Of a stretch of 64,000 nt of DNA, positions 1 through 11,440 are shown piece after piece. Both the position numbers and the translations under genes were made by a program. Positions within the stretch are counted from its first letter, which is position 1. Every line of letters begins with the position of its first letter. The stretch comes from a plasmid: sequence record NZ_CP047975.1; one strand, written 5' to 3'. Below the pieces are notes generated by a model, which was not told the DNA's origin, ran no database searches, and was given only the letters and a program-made list of their open reading frames with translations.

Positions 1-65
1 ATGGTCTATTAATACATTTATTATTAGATCACTCTGCTAAAAATTTTAGTTAGACCACCTAAGCA

Positions 66-149
66 ATTTAAGTTTAATAAGTTTAATAAGTTTAATAAGT
101 TTAATAAGTTTAATAAGTTTAATAAGTTTAATAAGTTTAATAAGTTTAA
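66..149. repeat. 10-bp microsatellite (AAGTTTAATA)n, about 8 perfect tandem units
   Basis: Direct reading: taagtttaat repeated head-to-tail from about 66 to 149. Confidence 0.9.
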
Positions 150-394
150 CTGCTATAAAGTGGTATTGTTCACTAGTACACTCATTTATGAAGGATTAAA
201 GGTAACCATCCGATAAAGCACCCAACACATCCCTCGCTTCAGTAGCTTTGCAGTAAGTACTAAATTCAAATCCCGTATGTAGATATATTCGCCTTTTGGA
301 TGGAGAACAAGCTCTGCACCACCAAAGCCCACATTTATTACATTGCCTTACCCTGCAACGTTTAATCCATCCATTACAGCAATACTACCCGTTC

Positions 395-750
395 ACATTA
401 CTTTATCTCGGCTGATAATCAGCGTAGTAACTTTAGCCAATCTCGCTGCAATTTCCATGTCAGGAATTTGTCCACTTATTCCAATGATGATGAGAACTGC
501 AGCATTGACTTAGATCGCCAGTGCTCAGTACTGGCCATCATGTAGCTTTTATCGCTTTAGCGCCTTAACTTATTTAAGTGGCGTAACTTGCATAACTTAT
601 GCATCCTATTTAAGTGATGTAAGTTATAGTATTCCGTGTCAGGAATCTGTCTACTTATCAGCGTCCGCGGAACTGCAGGATTTCTGGCTTTGTTGTTCGC
701 AACGAGGGCTAACTCTGGAGTTCCGTATAAGGCATAATCAATAACGACGC
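395..750 (-). repeat. Solo inverted copy of the 344-bp repeat unit that forms the tandem array at 4960-8395
   Basis: Reverse complement of the array unit (cctgacatggaaattgcagcgagattggctaaagttactgcgctgattatcagccgag...) is readable here. The 117-aa ORF at 557-910 (-) shares its C-terminal 62 aa with the 81-aa array ORFs. Confidence 0.85.
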
Positions 751-1317
751 CTGATGCGAACATAGCGATTGGGCTGAAACGGAAGGTATCAGGAGCAATC
801 GCTTTGGCAGAATTCCCCAAGGTGCTCACAATAAGATTCACATTGATGAAATCTGGCTTTCTACTCAGCCCATGGATATGCGAGCAGTTACTTATACTGC
901 TCTTTCTCATGTCCTAAAAGCCTTTGACCATGTCAAATCGCAACATTGAGGTTATCTTGTTTTGGAATAAGCGTGGTCATTGTATGAAAGTGTTGATACA
1001 TGATGGACTGGGTATTCAAAGCTCTACGGTTGAAACAAGCAACATTTCACTGGACTCAAACTCATCATAGTGAAACAATTACAAGCATTGATTCAGAGTT
1101 TCGCTTGATAAAGAATTTGACAATGTGCATCAAACATCATGACATCAATTCAGTCAGCCAAGCTGAATAGCCTAGATCCGTGTCTGTGCAGAAAAGGACG
1201 CCTTCATATAAAATAACTCAAATAGATAAATTACCACCACACTGCTAGAGCCTGAGCTGAATTTAAAAATATCTATAGGGTTCACCGGGGACTTACAGTA
1301 AATTTAACTTGGATAAA

Positions 1318-1352
1318 AAATATCCCCCTTAAAAAAGTGGGATATTTTTAAT
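1318..1352 (-). terminator. Rho-independent terminator-like hairpin downstream of the parG-like/parA operon
   Basis: An aatatccc / gggatatt 8-bp stem with an A-run on the plus strand, giving a T-run after the hairpin in minus sense. Confidence 0.5.
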
Positions 1353-1356
1353 TTAT

Positions 1357-1644
1357 TTATTTATTTAATATTTCTTTTAATTCATCTGCACTATATGTCG
1401 ATAAATTTTCTATAGCTGCTCGAACAATACTTGAACGATTTATTCTTGCATTTTGCCCTTTTACAACCAGCTCATCAATTAGTTTACTAATATCTTCATT
1501 GAGAGAAAAAGTGTAACGAATAAATTTTTTTTCACTTGATTCTAAAGCCTTTACCCTCTTTTCTGCACCAGATATAAATGCATCTAACATTTTATCTTGT
1601 TCAGTAGGTTCAGGTTTTTTGTTTAGCCCAGTTAAACCAGCCAT
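1357..1644 (-). CDS. Small partition adaptor, ParG/RHH-like centromere-binding protein (putative)
   Basis: 95-aa ORF immediately downstream of parA in the same orientation. Charged N-terminus, and a C-terminal RINRSSIVRAAIENL stretch resembling a ribbon-helix-helix. Confidence 0.5.
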   Translation of the reverse strand: MAGLTGLNKKPEPTEQDKMLDAFISGAEKRVKALESSEKKFIRYTFSLNEDISKLIDELVVKGQNARINRSSIVRAAIENLSTYSADELKEILNK

Positions 1645-1646
1645 AG

Positions 1647-2285
1647 TTATACTCCTAAAAACTCTCTTGCAATACTTTCAATTTCAGCTTTCGCTTTAGG
1701 ATCACTATTTACTTCAAAAACCGAAAGCCCATTTTCATCTGCATCATCATAAACATTTCGATTTGTTGTGATTGAATTCAATGCATCAATACCAAATGAT
1801 TTGCATGCCTCTTTTGCATCTAAAATTCTTTGAACTTGAGAAGGAAGAGTTGGACACTGAGTAATAATTGCTCTAGCTTTCAGATTTGGATTTACTGTCT
1901 TTGCTAATTTTAAAACTTGTTCCATATGATCTAAAGTTTTTAGATCTCTTCGTTTGGGTCTAAACGGCAATAACATATGTGTAGCTATAGTCATTGCTGA
2001 ACGTAATGCTTCAGAATCCTGTCCACCTGCATCAATGATAATATCTTGGTATCTTTTATCTAAATCTTTTAAAACTGAACGTATATTCCCTGATGCTTGT
2101 ACTGATGGAATATTATTTAATTCATCGTTTTCATCTCTTTCTTTGACCCAATCTGTTGTTGTTCCTTGAGGGTCAGCATCTAATAAGAGGACGTCTCTTT
2201 GACTTTGTTGTAAGTAAACTGCAAGATTTTGAGCTAAACAGCTTTTACCAGCACCGCCTTTTTCACCACCAACTAAGATAATCAT
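1647..2285 (-). CDS. parA: ParA-family partition ATPase
   Basis: 212 aa. Deviant Walker A motif at the N-terminus (MIILVGGEKGGAGKS). Plasmid partition context. Confidence 0.85.
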   Translation of the reverse strand: MIILVGGEKGGAGKSCLAQNLAVYLQQSQRDVLLLDADPQGTTTDWVKERDENDELNNIPSVQASGNIRSVLKDLDKRYQDIIIDAGGQDSEALRSAMTIATHMLLPFRPKRRDLKTLDHMEQVLKLAKTVNPNLKARAIITQCPTLPSQVQRILDAKEACKSFGIDALNSITTNRNVYDDADENGLSVFEVNSDPKAKAEIESIAREFLGV

Positions 2286-2380
2286 AATTTATGTAAGTTA
2301 CGTAAGTTTGTTTGTGTATAATTTAACGGTGATTTATGAAGTAATCAACTATCATGAAAAAAAAAATTAAAAAAAAGTTA

Positions 2381-2389
2381 TCCACAAAA
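2381..2389 (+). promoter_or_regulatory. Consensus DnaA box (TTATCCACA) inside the AT-rich origin region upstream of the iterons
   Basis: Exact match gttatccacaaaag, flanked by poly-A/T tracts at 2340-2450. Confidence 0.5.
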
Positions 2390-2466
2390 GAATGGTCTTT
2401 TTGAATTTATATATATTTATTTAAATTTATTATTTATATCTCTGCTCAAAGCTTGACTAGCAAAGG

Positions 2467-2615
2467 GATACAGGAAGTATATGTTGACAAATTCCTACCA
2501 ATAAGTTGACTTTTTCCTGTTTCTGAGTTGACATATTCCTACCAATAAGTTGACTTTTTCCTGTTTCTAAGTTGACAAATTCTGTGCATAAGTTGACAAA
2601 TTCTTTTATTAAAAA
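2467..2615 (+). repeat. Iteron array of the Rep_3 origin (direct repeats containing AAGTTGAC)
   Basis: Repeated ttgacaaattc / aagttgac units. A 57-bp block is duplicated (agttgacatattcctaccaataagttgactttttcctgtttct) and followed by two more aagttgacaaattc copies. It lies directly upstream of repB. Confidence 0.75.
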
Positions 2616-2643
2616 TACTTTCATTTGTGGACGTTAAGTAGTA

Positions 2644-3627
2644 TTGTCAATATATCTATTTATAACATTTTCCTTAATATATCTCCCTATGAGTAACATA
2701 GTATATAAAGATAATAATTTGGTTGAAGCATCGTATTCACTAAATCTATCTGAGCAAAGGCTAATATTAATTGCGATCATTGCTGCTCGAGAAATTGAGA
2801 AAGAACTTACTTCTGATACTATACTTACGATTCATGCTTCTGAATACATGAAACAGTTTAATTTAGGACGTCAAGCATCTTATGAAGCGTTACAATCTGC
2901 ATGTGATAATCTTTTTGAACGGCATTTGAATTATAAAGCAGTAGATCCTATAACTGGAAAAATAGGAATATACAAAAGTAGGTGGGTTTCAAAAGTTGGT
3001 TATGTTAAGGAAGAGGGATGCGTCCAACTAATTTTTGCACCAGATATTATCCCCTTATTTGTAAAACTTGAAGAAAAGTTCACAAGATATGAACTTAAAC
3101 AAATCTCACCACTTACAAGCATTTATGCTATTCGCCTGTATGAGTTACTCATACGTTGGAGATCAACTGGTAAGTTATATATTTCTATAGATGAGCTTAG
3201 ATCAAAACTCGGATTGATAGAAGATGAATATAAAAAGATGGGAGACTTTAAAAAAAGGGTTCTTACCGTAGCTTTAAATCAAATTAACAAATTTACGGAT
3301 ATTACTGTTTCTTATATACAAAAAAAGGAGGGAAGAAATATTTCAGAATTACATTTCATGTTTGAAGAAAAAGAACAAAATAAAACGAGTACAAGTGCTC
3401 CTTTAGAGCCAACTTATAAATTGACAGCTAAGCAATGTATATTCTTTGCTAAAAAGCTATGTGATATTACTAACTATCCAAAATTTGGTAATGATTTCGC
3501 ACATCGTGGAGAGACTCTAGAAGACTTTCAGGAAAGGATATCAAGTGATCTTCTTGATAGCGATAATGTTAGAAAGTATTTTTCTTATTTGTTAGAAGTT
3601 GGTTATGCTCCTAAATACAAGAAGTAA
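2644..3627 (+). CDS. repB: Rep_3-family plasmid replication initiator (RepB-like; alternative start at 2689)
   Basis: 327-aa ORF downstream of the iterons. N-terminal NNLVEASYSLNLSEQRLILIAI is typical of Acinetobacter Rep_3 replicases. Confidence 0.85.
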   Translation: MSIYLFITFSLIYLPMSNIVYKDNNLVEASYSLNLSEQRLILIAIIAAREIEKELTSDTILTIHASEYMKQFNLGRQASYEALQSACDNLFERHLNYKAVDPITGKIGIYKSRWVSKVGYVKEEGCVQLIFAPDIIPLFVKLEEKFTRYELKQISPLTSIYAIRLYELLIRWRSTGKLYISIDELRSKLGLIEDEYKKMGDFKKRVLTVALNQINKFTDITVSYIQKKEGRNISELHFMFEEKEQNKTSTSAPLEPTYKLTAKQCIFFAKKLCDITNYPKFGNDFAHRGETLEDFQERISSDLLDSDNVRKYFSYLLEVGYAPKYKK

Positions 3628-3709
3628 CCCTTTAGTTAATTGTCACTTTAAACAAAAGACCACGCCCTCTGGTAATCCTCCCATAAATAAACGAAGTTAA
3701 AAGTAGAGG

Positions 3710-4498
3710 TTAAGCAGCCATTAGAGGTGGCTTTCCTTTGTTAGCTTGATGTGGTCTTTCATGGTTGTAATGCCACAACCAGTTTGTTGCATAATCTTGT
3801 ACTTCATCCAAAGTATCAAATAAATGCTTGCTCAGCCAACTATAACGTATGGTCCGATTATAGCGTTCAATATACGCATTCTGCTGTGGCTTACCCGGTT
3901 GAATATATTCAATACGAATACCGTGCTCAGTAGCCCAGCGCACAAATTCGTGACTGATAAATTCGGGACCATTATCGCATCGGATCACTAACGGTTTTTC
4001 TCTCCACTCCAGCAATTGATTCAACGTACGAATAACCCTGATTGTGGGCAATGAGAACCCTGCTTCAATGGCTAGGCCTTCGCGGCGGTAATCATCAATC
4101 ACATTCAATAATCGAAACTTGCGACCATCGGAAAGCTGATCATGCATAAAATCTAATGACCAAACCTGATTTTCTCGGATTGGTTCTTTCAATGGTTCAG
4201 GCGCATGCCGTTTTAGTCTTCTTCTCGGTTTAATACGCAGATTCAGTGCCAACTCACAGTAAATGCGGTAAACCCGCTTGTGATTCCAGCAGCAACTCTC
4301 AACATGCCGTAAATACGAGAAGCACAAACCAAAGCCCCAATCGGAATTTTCCTCAGTGAGTTCAATGAGCTGTTCAGCAATGAGTGCATTGTCATCGCTG
4401 AGTTTGGCTTGATAGCGGTAGCAGGTTTCACTAATGCCAAATGCTTTACAAGCCAAACGAATACTAATGGCATGCTGGGCAACTGCCTGTTGTGCCAT
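3710..4498 (-). CDS. IS3-family transposase OrfB (DDE integrase core)
   Basis: 262 aa. WSLDFMHD...D...E motifs with rve-fold similarity. Overlapping frame arrangement with OrfA. Confidence 0.85.
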   Translation of the reverse strand: MAQQAVAQHAISIRLACKAFGISETCYRYQAKLSDDNALIAEQLIELTEENSDWGFGLCFSYLRHVESCCWNHKRVYRIYCELALNLRIKPRRRLKRHAPEPLKEPIRENQVWSLDFMHDQLSDGRKFRLLNVIDDYRREGLAIEAGFSLPTIRVIRTLNQLLEWREKPLVIRCDNGPEFISHEFVRWATEHGIRIEYIQPGKPQQNAYIERYNRTIRYSWLSKHLFDTLDEVQDYATNWLWHYNHERPHQANKGKPPLMAA

Positions 4499-4518
4499 CT
4501 TACGCCGGCAAGATGGCT

Positions 4519-4800
4519 TTACCCTTGCGCAGCAGTGCTGCTCATTGCCATCGCTTCCTGGATGATTTCGGCCTTTAATCGCTCTTCCGCATACATCTTT
4601 TTAAGTCTGGTATTTTCGGCTTCTAGCTCTTTCAGTCGAGCCATTAATGATGTATCCATACCACCATATTTGGCACGCCATTTATAAAAGGTAGCATTAC
4701 TCATGCCGTGTTCACGGCAAAGGGTCGCTACAGGTGTGCCAGATTCTGCCTGTTTCAAGATGGACATGATCTGACTGTCAGTAAATTTAGATGTTTTCAT
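4519..4800 (-). CDS. IS3-family transposase OrfA (helix-turn-helix plus leucine zipper)
   Basis: 93 aa: [34 protein letters not shown]...[20 protein letters not shown]. Confidence 0.85.
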   Translation of the reverse strand: MKTSKFTDSQIMSILKQAESGTPVATLCREHGMSNATFYKWRAKYGGMDTSLMARLKELEAENTRLKKMYAEERLKAEIIQEAMAMSSTAAQG

Positions 4801-4959
4801 GCAGAATCTCCTGCTCGTATCTTAAGAGAAAATTCTACTTTTAGATCCTATTTTTTTTAGGGGGGATTACCCTCTCATACTAAGTTTTTAATTAAGATTG
4901 CTTTCATGTGATTTTAATATGAATTAGCATAAGTTACATAACTTATGCTGGTTAAGTAA

Positions 4960-7900
4960 CCACCTATCCTGCCTTTATAATTTATTGCTGCAGTTCTCAT
5001 CATCATTGGAATAAGTGGACAGATTCCTGACACGGAATACTATAACTGAGGTCACCTAAATAGGATGCATAAATTATGTAAGTTACGCCACTTAAATAAG
5101 TTAAGGCGCTAAAGCGATAAAAGCTACATGATGGTCAGTACTGAGCACTGGCGATCTAAGTCAATGCTGCAGTTCTCATCATCATTGGAATAAGTGGACA
5201 AATTCCTGACATGGAAATTGCAGCGAGATTGGCTAAAGTTACTGCGCTGATTATCAGCCGAGATGTCGTTATTGATTATGCCTTATACGGAACTCCAGAG
5301 TTAGCCCTCGTTGCGAACAACAAAGCCAGAAATCCTGCAGTTCCGCGGACGCTGATAAGTAGACAGATTCCTGACACGGAATACTATAACTTACATCACT
5401 TAAATAGGATGCATAAGTTATGCAAGTTACGCCACTTAAATAAGTTAAGGCGCTAAAGCGATAAAAGCTACATGATGGTCAGTACTGAGCACTGGCGATC
5501 TAAGTCAATGCTGCAGTTCTCATCATCATTGGAATAAGTGGACAAATTCCTGACATGGAAATTGCAGCGAGATTGGCTAAAGTTACTGCGCTGATTATCA
5601 GCCGAGATGTCGTTATTGATTATGCCTTATACGGAACTCCAGAGTTAGCCCTCGTTGCGAACAACAAAGCCAGAAATCCTGCAGTTCCGCGGACGCTGAT
5701 AAGTAGACAGATTCCTGACACGGAATACTATAACTTACATCACTTAAATAGGATGCATAAGTTATGCAAGTTACGCCACTTAAATAAGTTAAGGCGCTAA
5801 AGCGATAAAAGCTACATGATGGTCAGTACTGAGCACTGGCGATCTAAGTCAATGCTGCAGTTCTCATCATCATTGGAATAAGTGGACAAATTCCTGACAT
5901 GGAAATTGCAGCGAGATTGGCTAAAGTTACTGCGCTGATTATCAGCCGAGATGTCGTTATTGATTATGCCTTATACGGAACTCCAGAGTTAGCCCTCGTT
6001 GCGAACAACAAAGCCAGAAATCCTGCAGTTCCGCGGACGCTGATAAGTAGACAGATTCCTGACACGGAATACTATAACTTACATCACTTAAATAGGATGC
6101 ATAAGTTATGCAAGTTACGCCACTTAAATAAGTTAAGGCGCTAAAGCGATAAAAGCTACATGATGGCCAGTACTGAGCACTGGCGATCTAAGTCAATGCT
6201 GCAGTTCTCATCATCATTGGAATAAGTGGACAAATTCCTGACATGGAAATTGCAGCGAGATTGGCTAAAGTTACTGCACTGATTATCAGTCGAGATGTCG
6301 TTATTGATTATGCCTTATACGGAACTCCAGAATTAGCCCTCGTTGCGAACAACAAAGCAGAAATCCTGCAGTTCCGCGGACGCTGATAAGTAGACAGATT
6401 CCTGACACGGAATACTATAACTTACATCACTTAAATAGGATGCATAAGTTGTGTAAGTTACGCCACTTAAATAAGTTAAGGCGCTAAAGCGATAAAAGCT
6501 ACATGATGGTCAGTACTGAGCACTGGCGATCTAAGTCAATGCTGCAGTTCTCATCATCATTGGAATAAGTGGACAAATTCCTGACATGGAAATTGCAGCG
6601 AGATTGGCTAAAGTTACTGCGCTGATTATCAGCCGAGATGTCGTTATTGATTATGCCTTATACGGAACTCCAGAGTTAGCCCTCGTTGCGAACAACAAAG
6701 CCAGAAATCCTGCAGTTCCGCGGACGCTGATAAGTAGACAGATTCCTGACACGGAATACTATAACTTACATCACTTAAATAGGATGCATAAGTTATGCAA
6801 GTTACGCCACTTAAATAAGTTAAGGCGCTAAAGCGATAAAAGCTACATGATGGCCAGTACTGAGCACTGGCGATCTAAGTCAATGCTGCAGTTCTCATCA
6901 TCATTGGAATAAGTGGACAAATTCCTGACATGGAAATTGCAGCGAGATTGGCTAAAGTTACTGCACTGATTATCAGTCGAGATGTCGTTATTGATTATGC
7001 CTTATACGGAACTCCAGAATTAGCCCTCGTTGCGAACAACAAAGCAGAAATCCTGCAGTTCCGCGGACGCTGATAAGTAGACAGATTCCTGACACGGAAT
7101 ACTATAACTTACATCACTTAAATAGGATGCATAAGTTATGCAAGTTACGCCACTTAAATAAGTTAAGGCGCTAAAGCGATAAAAGCTACATGATGGCCAG
7201 TACTGAGCACTGGCGATCTAAGTCAATGCTGCAGTTCTCATCATCATTGGAATAAGTGGACAAATTCCTGACATGGAAATTGCAGCGAGATTGGCTAAAG
7301 TTACTGCGCTGATTATCAGCCGAGATGTCGTTATTGATTATGCCTTATACGGAACTCCAGAGTTAGCCCTCGTTGCGAACAACAAAGCAGAAATCCTGCA
7401 GTTCCGCGGACGCTGATAAGTAGACAGATTCCTGACACGGAATACTATAACTTACATCACTTAAATAGGATGCATAAGTTATGCAAGTTACGCCACTTAA
7501 ATAAGTTAAGGCGCTAAAGCGATAAAAGCTACATGATGGCCAGTACTGAGCACTGGCGATCTAAGTCAATGCTGCAGTTCTCATCATCATTGGAATAAGT
7601 GGACAAATTCCTGACATGGAAATTGCAGCGAGATTGGCTAAAGTTACTGCGCTGATTATCAGCCGAGATGTCGTTATTGATTATGCCTTATACGGAACTC
7701 CAGAGTTAGCCCTCGTTGCGAACAACAAAGCAGAAATCCTGCAGTTCCGCGGACGCTGATAAGTAGACAGATTCCTGACACGGAATACTATAACTGAGGT
7801 CACCTAAATAGGATGCATAAATTATGTAAGTTACGCCACTTAAATAAGTTAAGGCGCTAAAGCGATAAAAGCTACATGATGGTCAGTACTGAGCACTGGC

Positions 7901-8395
7901 GATCTAAGTCAATGCTGCAGTTCTCATCATCATTGGAATAAGTGGACAAATTCCTGACATGGAAATTGCAGCGAGATTGGCTAAAGTTACTGCGCTGATT
8001 ATCAGCCGAGATGTCGTTATTGATTATGCCTTATACGGAACTCCAGAGTTAGCCCTCGTTGCGAACAACAAAGCCAGAAATCCTGCAGTTCCGCGGACGC
8101 TGATAAGTAGACAGATTCCTGACACGGAATACTATAACTTACATCACTTAAATAGGATGCATAAGTTATGCAAGTTACGCCACTTAAATAAGTTAAGGCG
8201 CTAAAGCGATAAAAGCTACATGATGGTCAGTACTGAGCACTGGCGATCTAAGTCAATGCTGCAGTTCTCATCATCATTGGAATAAGTGGACAAATTCCTG
8301 ACATGGAATACTATAACTGAGGTCACTTAAATGGGATGCATAAGTTATGTAAGTTACGCCACTTAAATAAGTTGAGGTGCTAAAGCGATAAAAGT
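4960..8395 (+). repeat. Tandem array of about 10 copies of a 344-bp non-coding repeat. Full units begin at about 5170, 5514, 5858, 6202, 6545, 6889, 7232, 7575 and 7918. Shortened variants sit at both ends
   Basis: Period of 344 bp between the identical 81-aa ORF starts at 5211, 5555 and 5899. Several copies carry a 1-bp deletion (aacaaagcagaaatcc versus aacaaagccagaaatcc) that breaks the ORF. Each unit holds two internal 28-bp sub-repeats, ataagtRgacaRattcctgacaYggaat. Confidence 0.9.
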
Positions 8396-8584
8396 GGCAC
8401 TGTTGGAAATATAGATTTAAGTCGATGATTTTTCCTTTAAAAAAAGTACTTAAAGACGGCTTTGTTGCACAAAGCTGTTTGTAAGGTCTGATTCAGCAAT
8501 ATAATTTCCGAATGAAGAAGCCAGCAACTAAAATCTACCGTACAACGAATTGGTCCGCATATAAACTCAGTGCGAGAAACTTTC

Positions 8585-8840
8585 AGAGCCAAGTGAATGA
8601 GATAACACTAAATATAAAAAAAATGGAAGAATAATTTACTAAGTTATTGTTTTTAAGTTGATCCTTGTTTTATATGGGGGTGATAATAACTTCTGATTAC
8701 TAGTTTTTACCTTAAATATACCGATTGAAAGATTCATTTAAAGGCTATGAATACATGAGTTTTACAGTTTGGCTAGGTCAGCATGAGTACTTTTCACAAG
8801 ATTTAAGATCGACCATGAACGTGATTAAGTTATAGGGGAT
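8585..8840 (+). repeat. Copy A of an approximately 260-bp direct repeat flanking the hipBA cassette
   Basis: About 65% overall identity with 11195-11440. A near-identical 40-bp core (aacactaaatataaaaaaa-tggaagaataattta) and agatcgaccat(g/a)aa(c/t)gtgat. Confidence 0.6.
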
Positions 8841-9175
8841 TGATGAAATAGTTTTTATGAATTTCTGGCTTTCTGGGCTGATTTTATCAAATTCATGTCT
8901 ATGCAAAATTGCGACATATTTCTCGTGCTGGTAGTTATCCAGAGTTTGGTCTGCATCTATCCATAGTGCAGACCTTTTTTTGGTGACAGTTTTTTCTTAG
9001 TGATTTTCGATCTGGATGTAGTGATTTCACGTTTGCAGAATATATCTTGGCGGTGATCCATCTAATATTCGTGATTATAAAGAGAGCTAATTCACAGGTT
9101 CTACAGATTATGTAGCGACTAACTATATCAAAGTCTATTTGCAGTTGATGGTTGGCGCTTAGTTTATATTTACGC

Positions 9176-10441
9176 TTAGGTTTCAGTTAAAAAATCAATA
9201 TTCTGTTGAATCCGTGATTGAATCATCTGTAGGGTAGATTCTCGAATTTGATGGGGATACAGGCGCTGCGCAATTTGACTAAATTGAAGTGCAATTTCAC
9301 GCATGGTCAAGATGATCTCATCGACTTCTAGAGTAGTCAGATTAGCTTCTGAAGTACCGAGTTTATGTATGTCATTTCGGGAAATATTGAGCGCTTCTCC
9401 CATAATGTCCATTTGATGATAACCACCTGGACCCTCGCAGAAGGTCACATCATAGGCTGGAGCCAATTTCCATTGACCATTTTTCTCCATGAGAAATGAA
9501 AAGTTCTTAGTATGGTCATCCCGATTATTGAAAAGCACATTAAACACAGCACGTTTAAAAGCATGCAATCTTTCTCGTACATCTTGCGTACACATCAAGG
9601 TTGCCCGGAGAAAATTGCGATAGTCTAGGCTACCTGGAACTTTATAGTCTGCTCCTGTATATGCAGCCAAACTCTGCATTGGAATCCGCATACCATTTTG
9701 ACGATCGAATCGTTTAGAAGCAAAAGCCGTTAAACCATTGGGCAAATTAAAGAAATGGGTATCTGGAGTCTCAATTGCACAAAGTCGCAAACATTCTGCA
9801 TAGACGGCTTCAATGGCGCAGACTTCAGGATGCTCTTGCTGAGCAGGAAACTTAATCAGCCAGGCTTCATGTTGATCAGAATCTTGAGTCGAAAACTCTA
9901 AATTGACAGGATCTCGGTAAACCAACGCTTTTGGTCTGGCACCTTGAGGGGAGCCACCCATGACCAATAAATGCTGTAGAAATTCACCACCTTCACCTTT
10001 GAGTACTTCTTGAACTTCCTGGGCTAGTTGTTGTAAAGGGATATTTTCTGAGGTTTGCATGTCAGCAACACAAGGTTCAAAGGAGAGGGCACCCATTGCG
10101 TGACTACTAATATAGGTCAGACGCTCCAAAGGTCCAATTCGTGCTGAATTTAAGCCAATTTTTTTGAAATATCGATCCATCAACATCATGCCCCAACCAT
10201 CTGGTAAAGCGTCATAGACTGGACCTGGGAGTCCCATTTGATGAGTAGGAAAACCTTGTCTGAATGGTAGACCTTTTAAAGGCAGCAAGTAAGAAGAGAG
10301 CTCAACACCTTGCTGTATTGCTTCTGGACTATATTCAAAAGCAATGGTGGGTCTACCTGTCGTGGCTGTTGAACTAATCAGCGTTCCCCATAACCATGAT
10401 TCGCCCCAACCGTTGTAATAAACATTAAGTCTATTGAGCAT
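9176..10441 (-). CDS. hipA: HipA-family serine/threonine kinase toxin (type II TA)
   Basis: 421 aa. HipA N-terminal and C-terminal regions are recognisable. The start overlaps the hipB stop (ATGA-type coupling at 10441). Confidence 0.85.
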   Translation of the reverse strand: MLNRLNVYYNGWGESWLWGTLISSTATTGRPTIAFEYSPEAIQQGVELSSYLLPLKGLPFRQGFPTHQMGLPGPVYDALPDGWGMMLMDRYFKKIGLNSARIGPLERLTYISSHAMGALSFEPCVADMQTSENIPLQQLAQEVQEVLKGEGGEFLQHLLVMGGSPQGARPKALVYRDPVNLEFSTQDSDQHEAWLIKFPAQQEHPEVCAIEAVYAECLRLCAIETPDTHFFNLPNGLTAFASKRFDRQNGMRIPMQSLAAYTGADYKVPGSLDYRNFLRATLMCTQDVRERLHAFKRAVFNVLFNNRDDHTKNFSFLMEKNGQWKLAPAYDVTFCEGPGGYHQMDIMGEALNISRNDIHKLGTSEANLTTLEVDEIILTMREIALQFSQIAQRLYPHQIRESTLQMIQSRIQQNIDFLTET

Positions 10442-10746
10442 TATCCCTTCCTCTTAATACGGTGGCGCTTACTTTGACTCTCATAGCGAAGAATGTCATT
10501 CACACTGTTAAGCTGAGGTTTAAATAGTTCCTGAAGTTCGTTTAATCGACCCAAGACCATTGCAATACGGACTAAATTTTCAACAGATACATTTCGTCCC
10601 GCTTCAAGATTCGAAACTGTATTCACGCCGACACCAGCGCGTGCTGCTACCTCAGCTTGAGACATCTCCAGAAAGAGTCGTTGCTTACGTAAACGCTCAC
10701 CTAAAAGAGTCACAACTTCTTCTGGTTTAGTGAAATATAAATCCAT
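10441..10746 (-). CDS. hipB: HipB-like XRE-family HTH antitoxin
   Basis: 101 aa. Helix-turn-helix stretch LEMSQAEVAARAGVGVNTVSNLEAGR. Lies upstream of and overlapping hipA. Confidence 0.8.
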   Translation of the reverse strand: MDLYFTKPEEVVTLLGERLRKQRLFLEMSQAEVAARAGVGVNTVSNLEAGRNVSVENLVRIAMVLGRLNELQELFKPQLNSVNDILRYESQSKRHRIKRKG

Positions 10747-11194
10747 TAAATTGGGTCTTAAGAATGAATAATTTAATTAAATCACAAAATAATGGAATTA
10801 ATCTATAGCTATAGTGTGGCTAAGGAGGGCTTTGTTGCACAGCACATCAGAAGGGTAGGTATAGTCCTTGGGTATCGGTTACAGAAAATCATCAGGATGT
10901 ACTTTGACTGATTGTTGATACGGAGATTTCAGTATTTTCATTTTTCCTAATAGGTCACATTACTTAGAAAGGGTTCTTCGAAAATTAGTTCATACTTTAA
11001 AAATCCTATAAATATTGAGGATATTTTCTTAATGCTTTCAATATAGCATGCGGCTATATGTAACTCGAACGGGCTTAATCTGCCTTTCAGTATAAATTTT
11101 TTGGGCGTGAGAGGGGAGAGGTGTGAGGGCAAGCAATTTATATCGTGGATACTTCTAAATTACTTATGTAATAGAAGGTGGTAAACATGGATTT

Positions 11195-11440
11195 AGAGGT
11201 AATAACACTAAATATAAAAAAATTGGAAGAATAATTTATTAAATTATTGTTTTTATGTGGTTATTGGTGATGTTATGAATAATAATAACTTTTTTCTTGA
11301 TGAATTTTACCTAAAAAAATTGATCAGATAATTTTCTTTAAATGTCATGCATACATAAATTTGACAGTTTGAAGGGATCGGTATGTGCATTTTTCACAAG
11401 GTTAAAGATCGACCATAAATGTGATAAACGGCAGAGGATC
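11195..11440 (+). repeat. Copy B of the approximately 260-bp direct repeat flanking hipBA
   Basis: See copy A. Confidence 0.6.

Larger units (their letters stand above)
3671..4871 (-). mobile_element. IS3-family insertion sequence, about 1.2 kb, with orfA/orfB, imperfect terminal inverted repeats and 4-bp CTCT flanking duplication
   Basis: Terminal repeats ggtaatcc(t/c)ccc...taaaagtaga...ttaag occur at both ends. Flanks are ccctct | IS | ctctca. Confidence 0.8.

Noticed and set aside
5211-8204. Five identical 81-aa ORFs (MEIAARLAKVTALIISRD…) inside the 344-bp repeat units, and the 117-aa ORF at 557-910
   Set aside because: Other units carry a 1-bp deletion that destroys the frame. Substitutions between units show no codon-position bias. 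There is no RBS-like context. Treated as an artefact of a non-coding satellite repeat.
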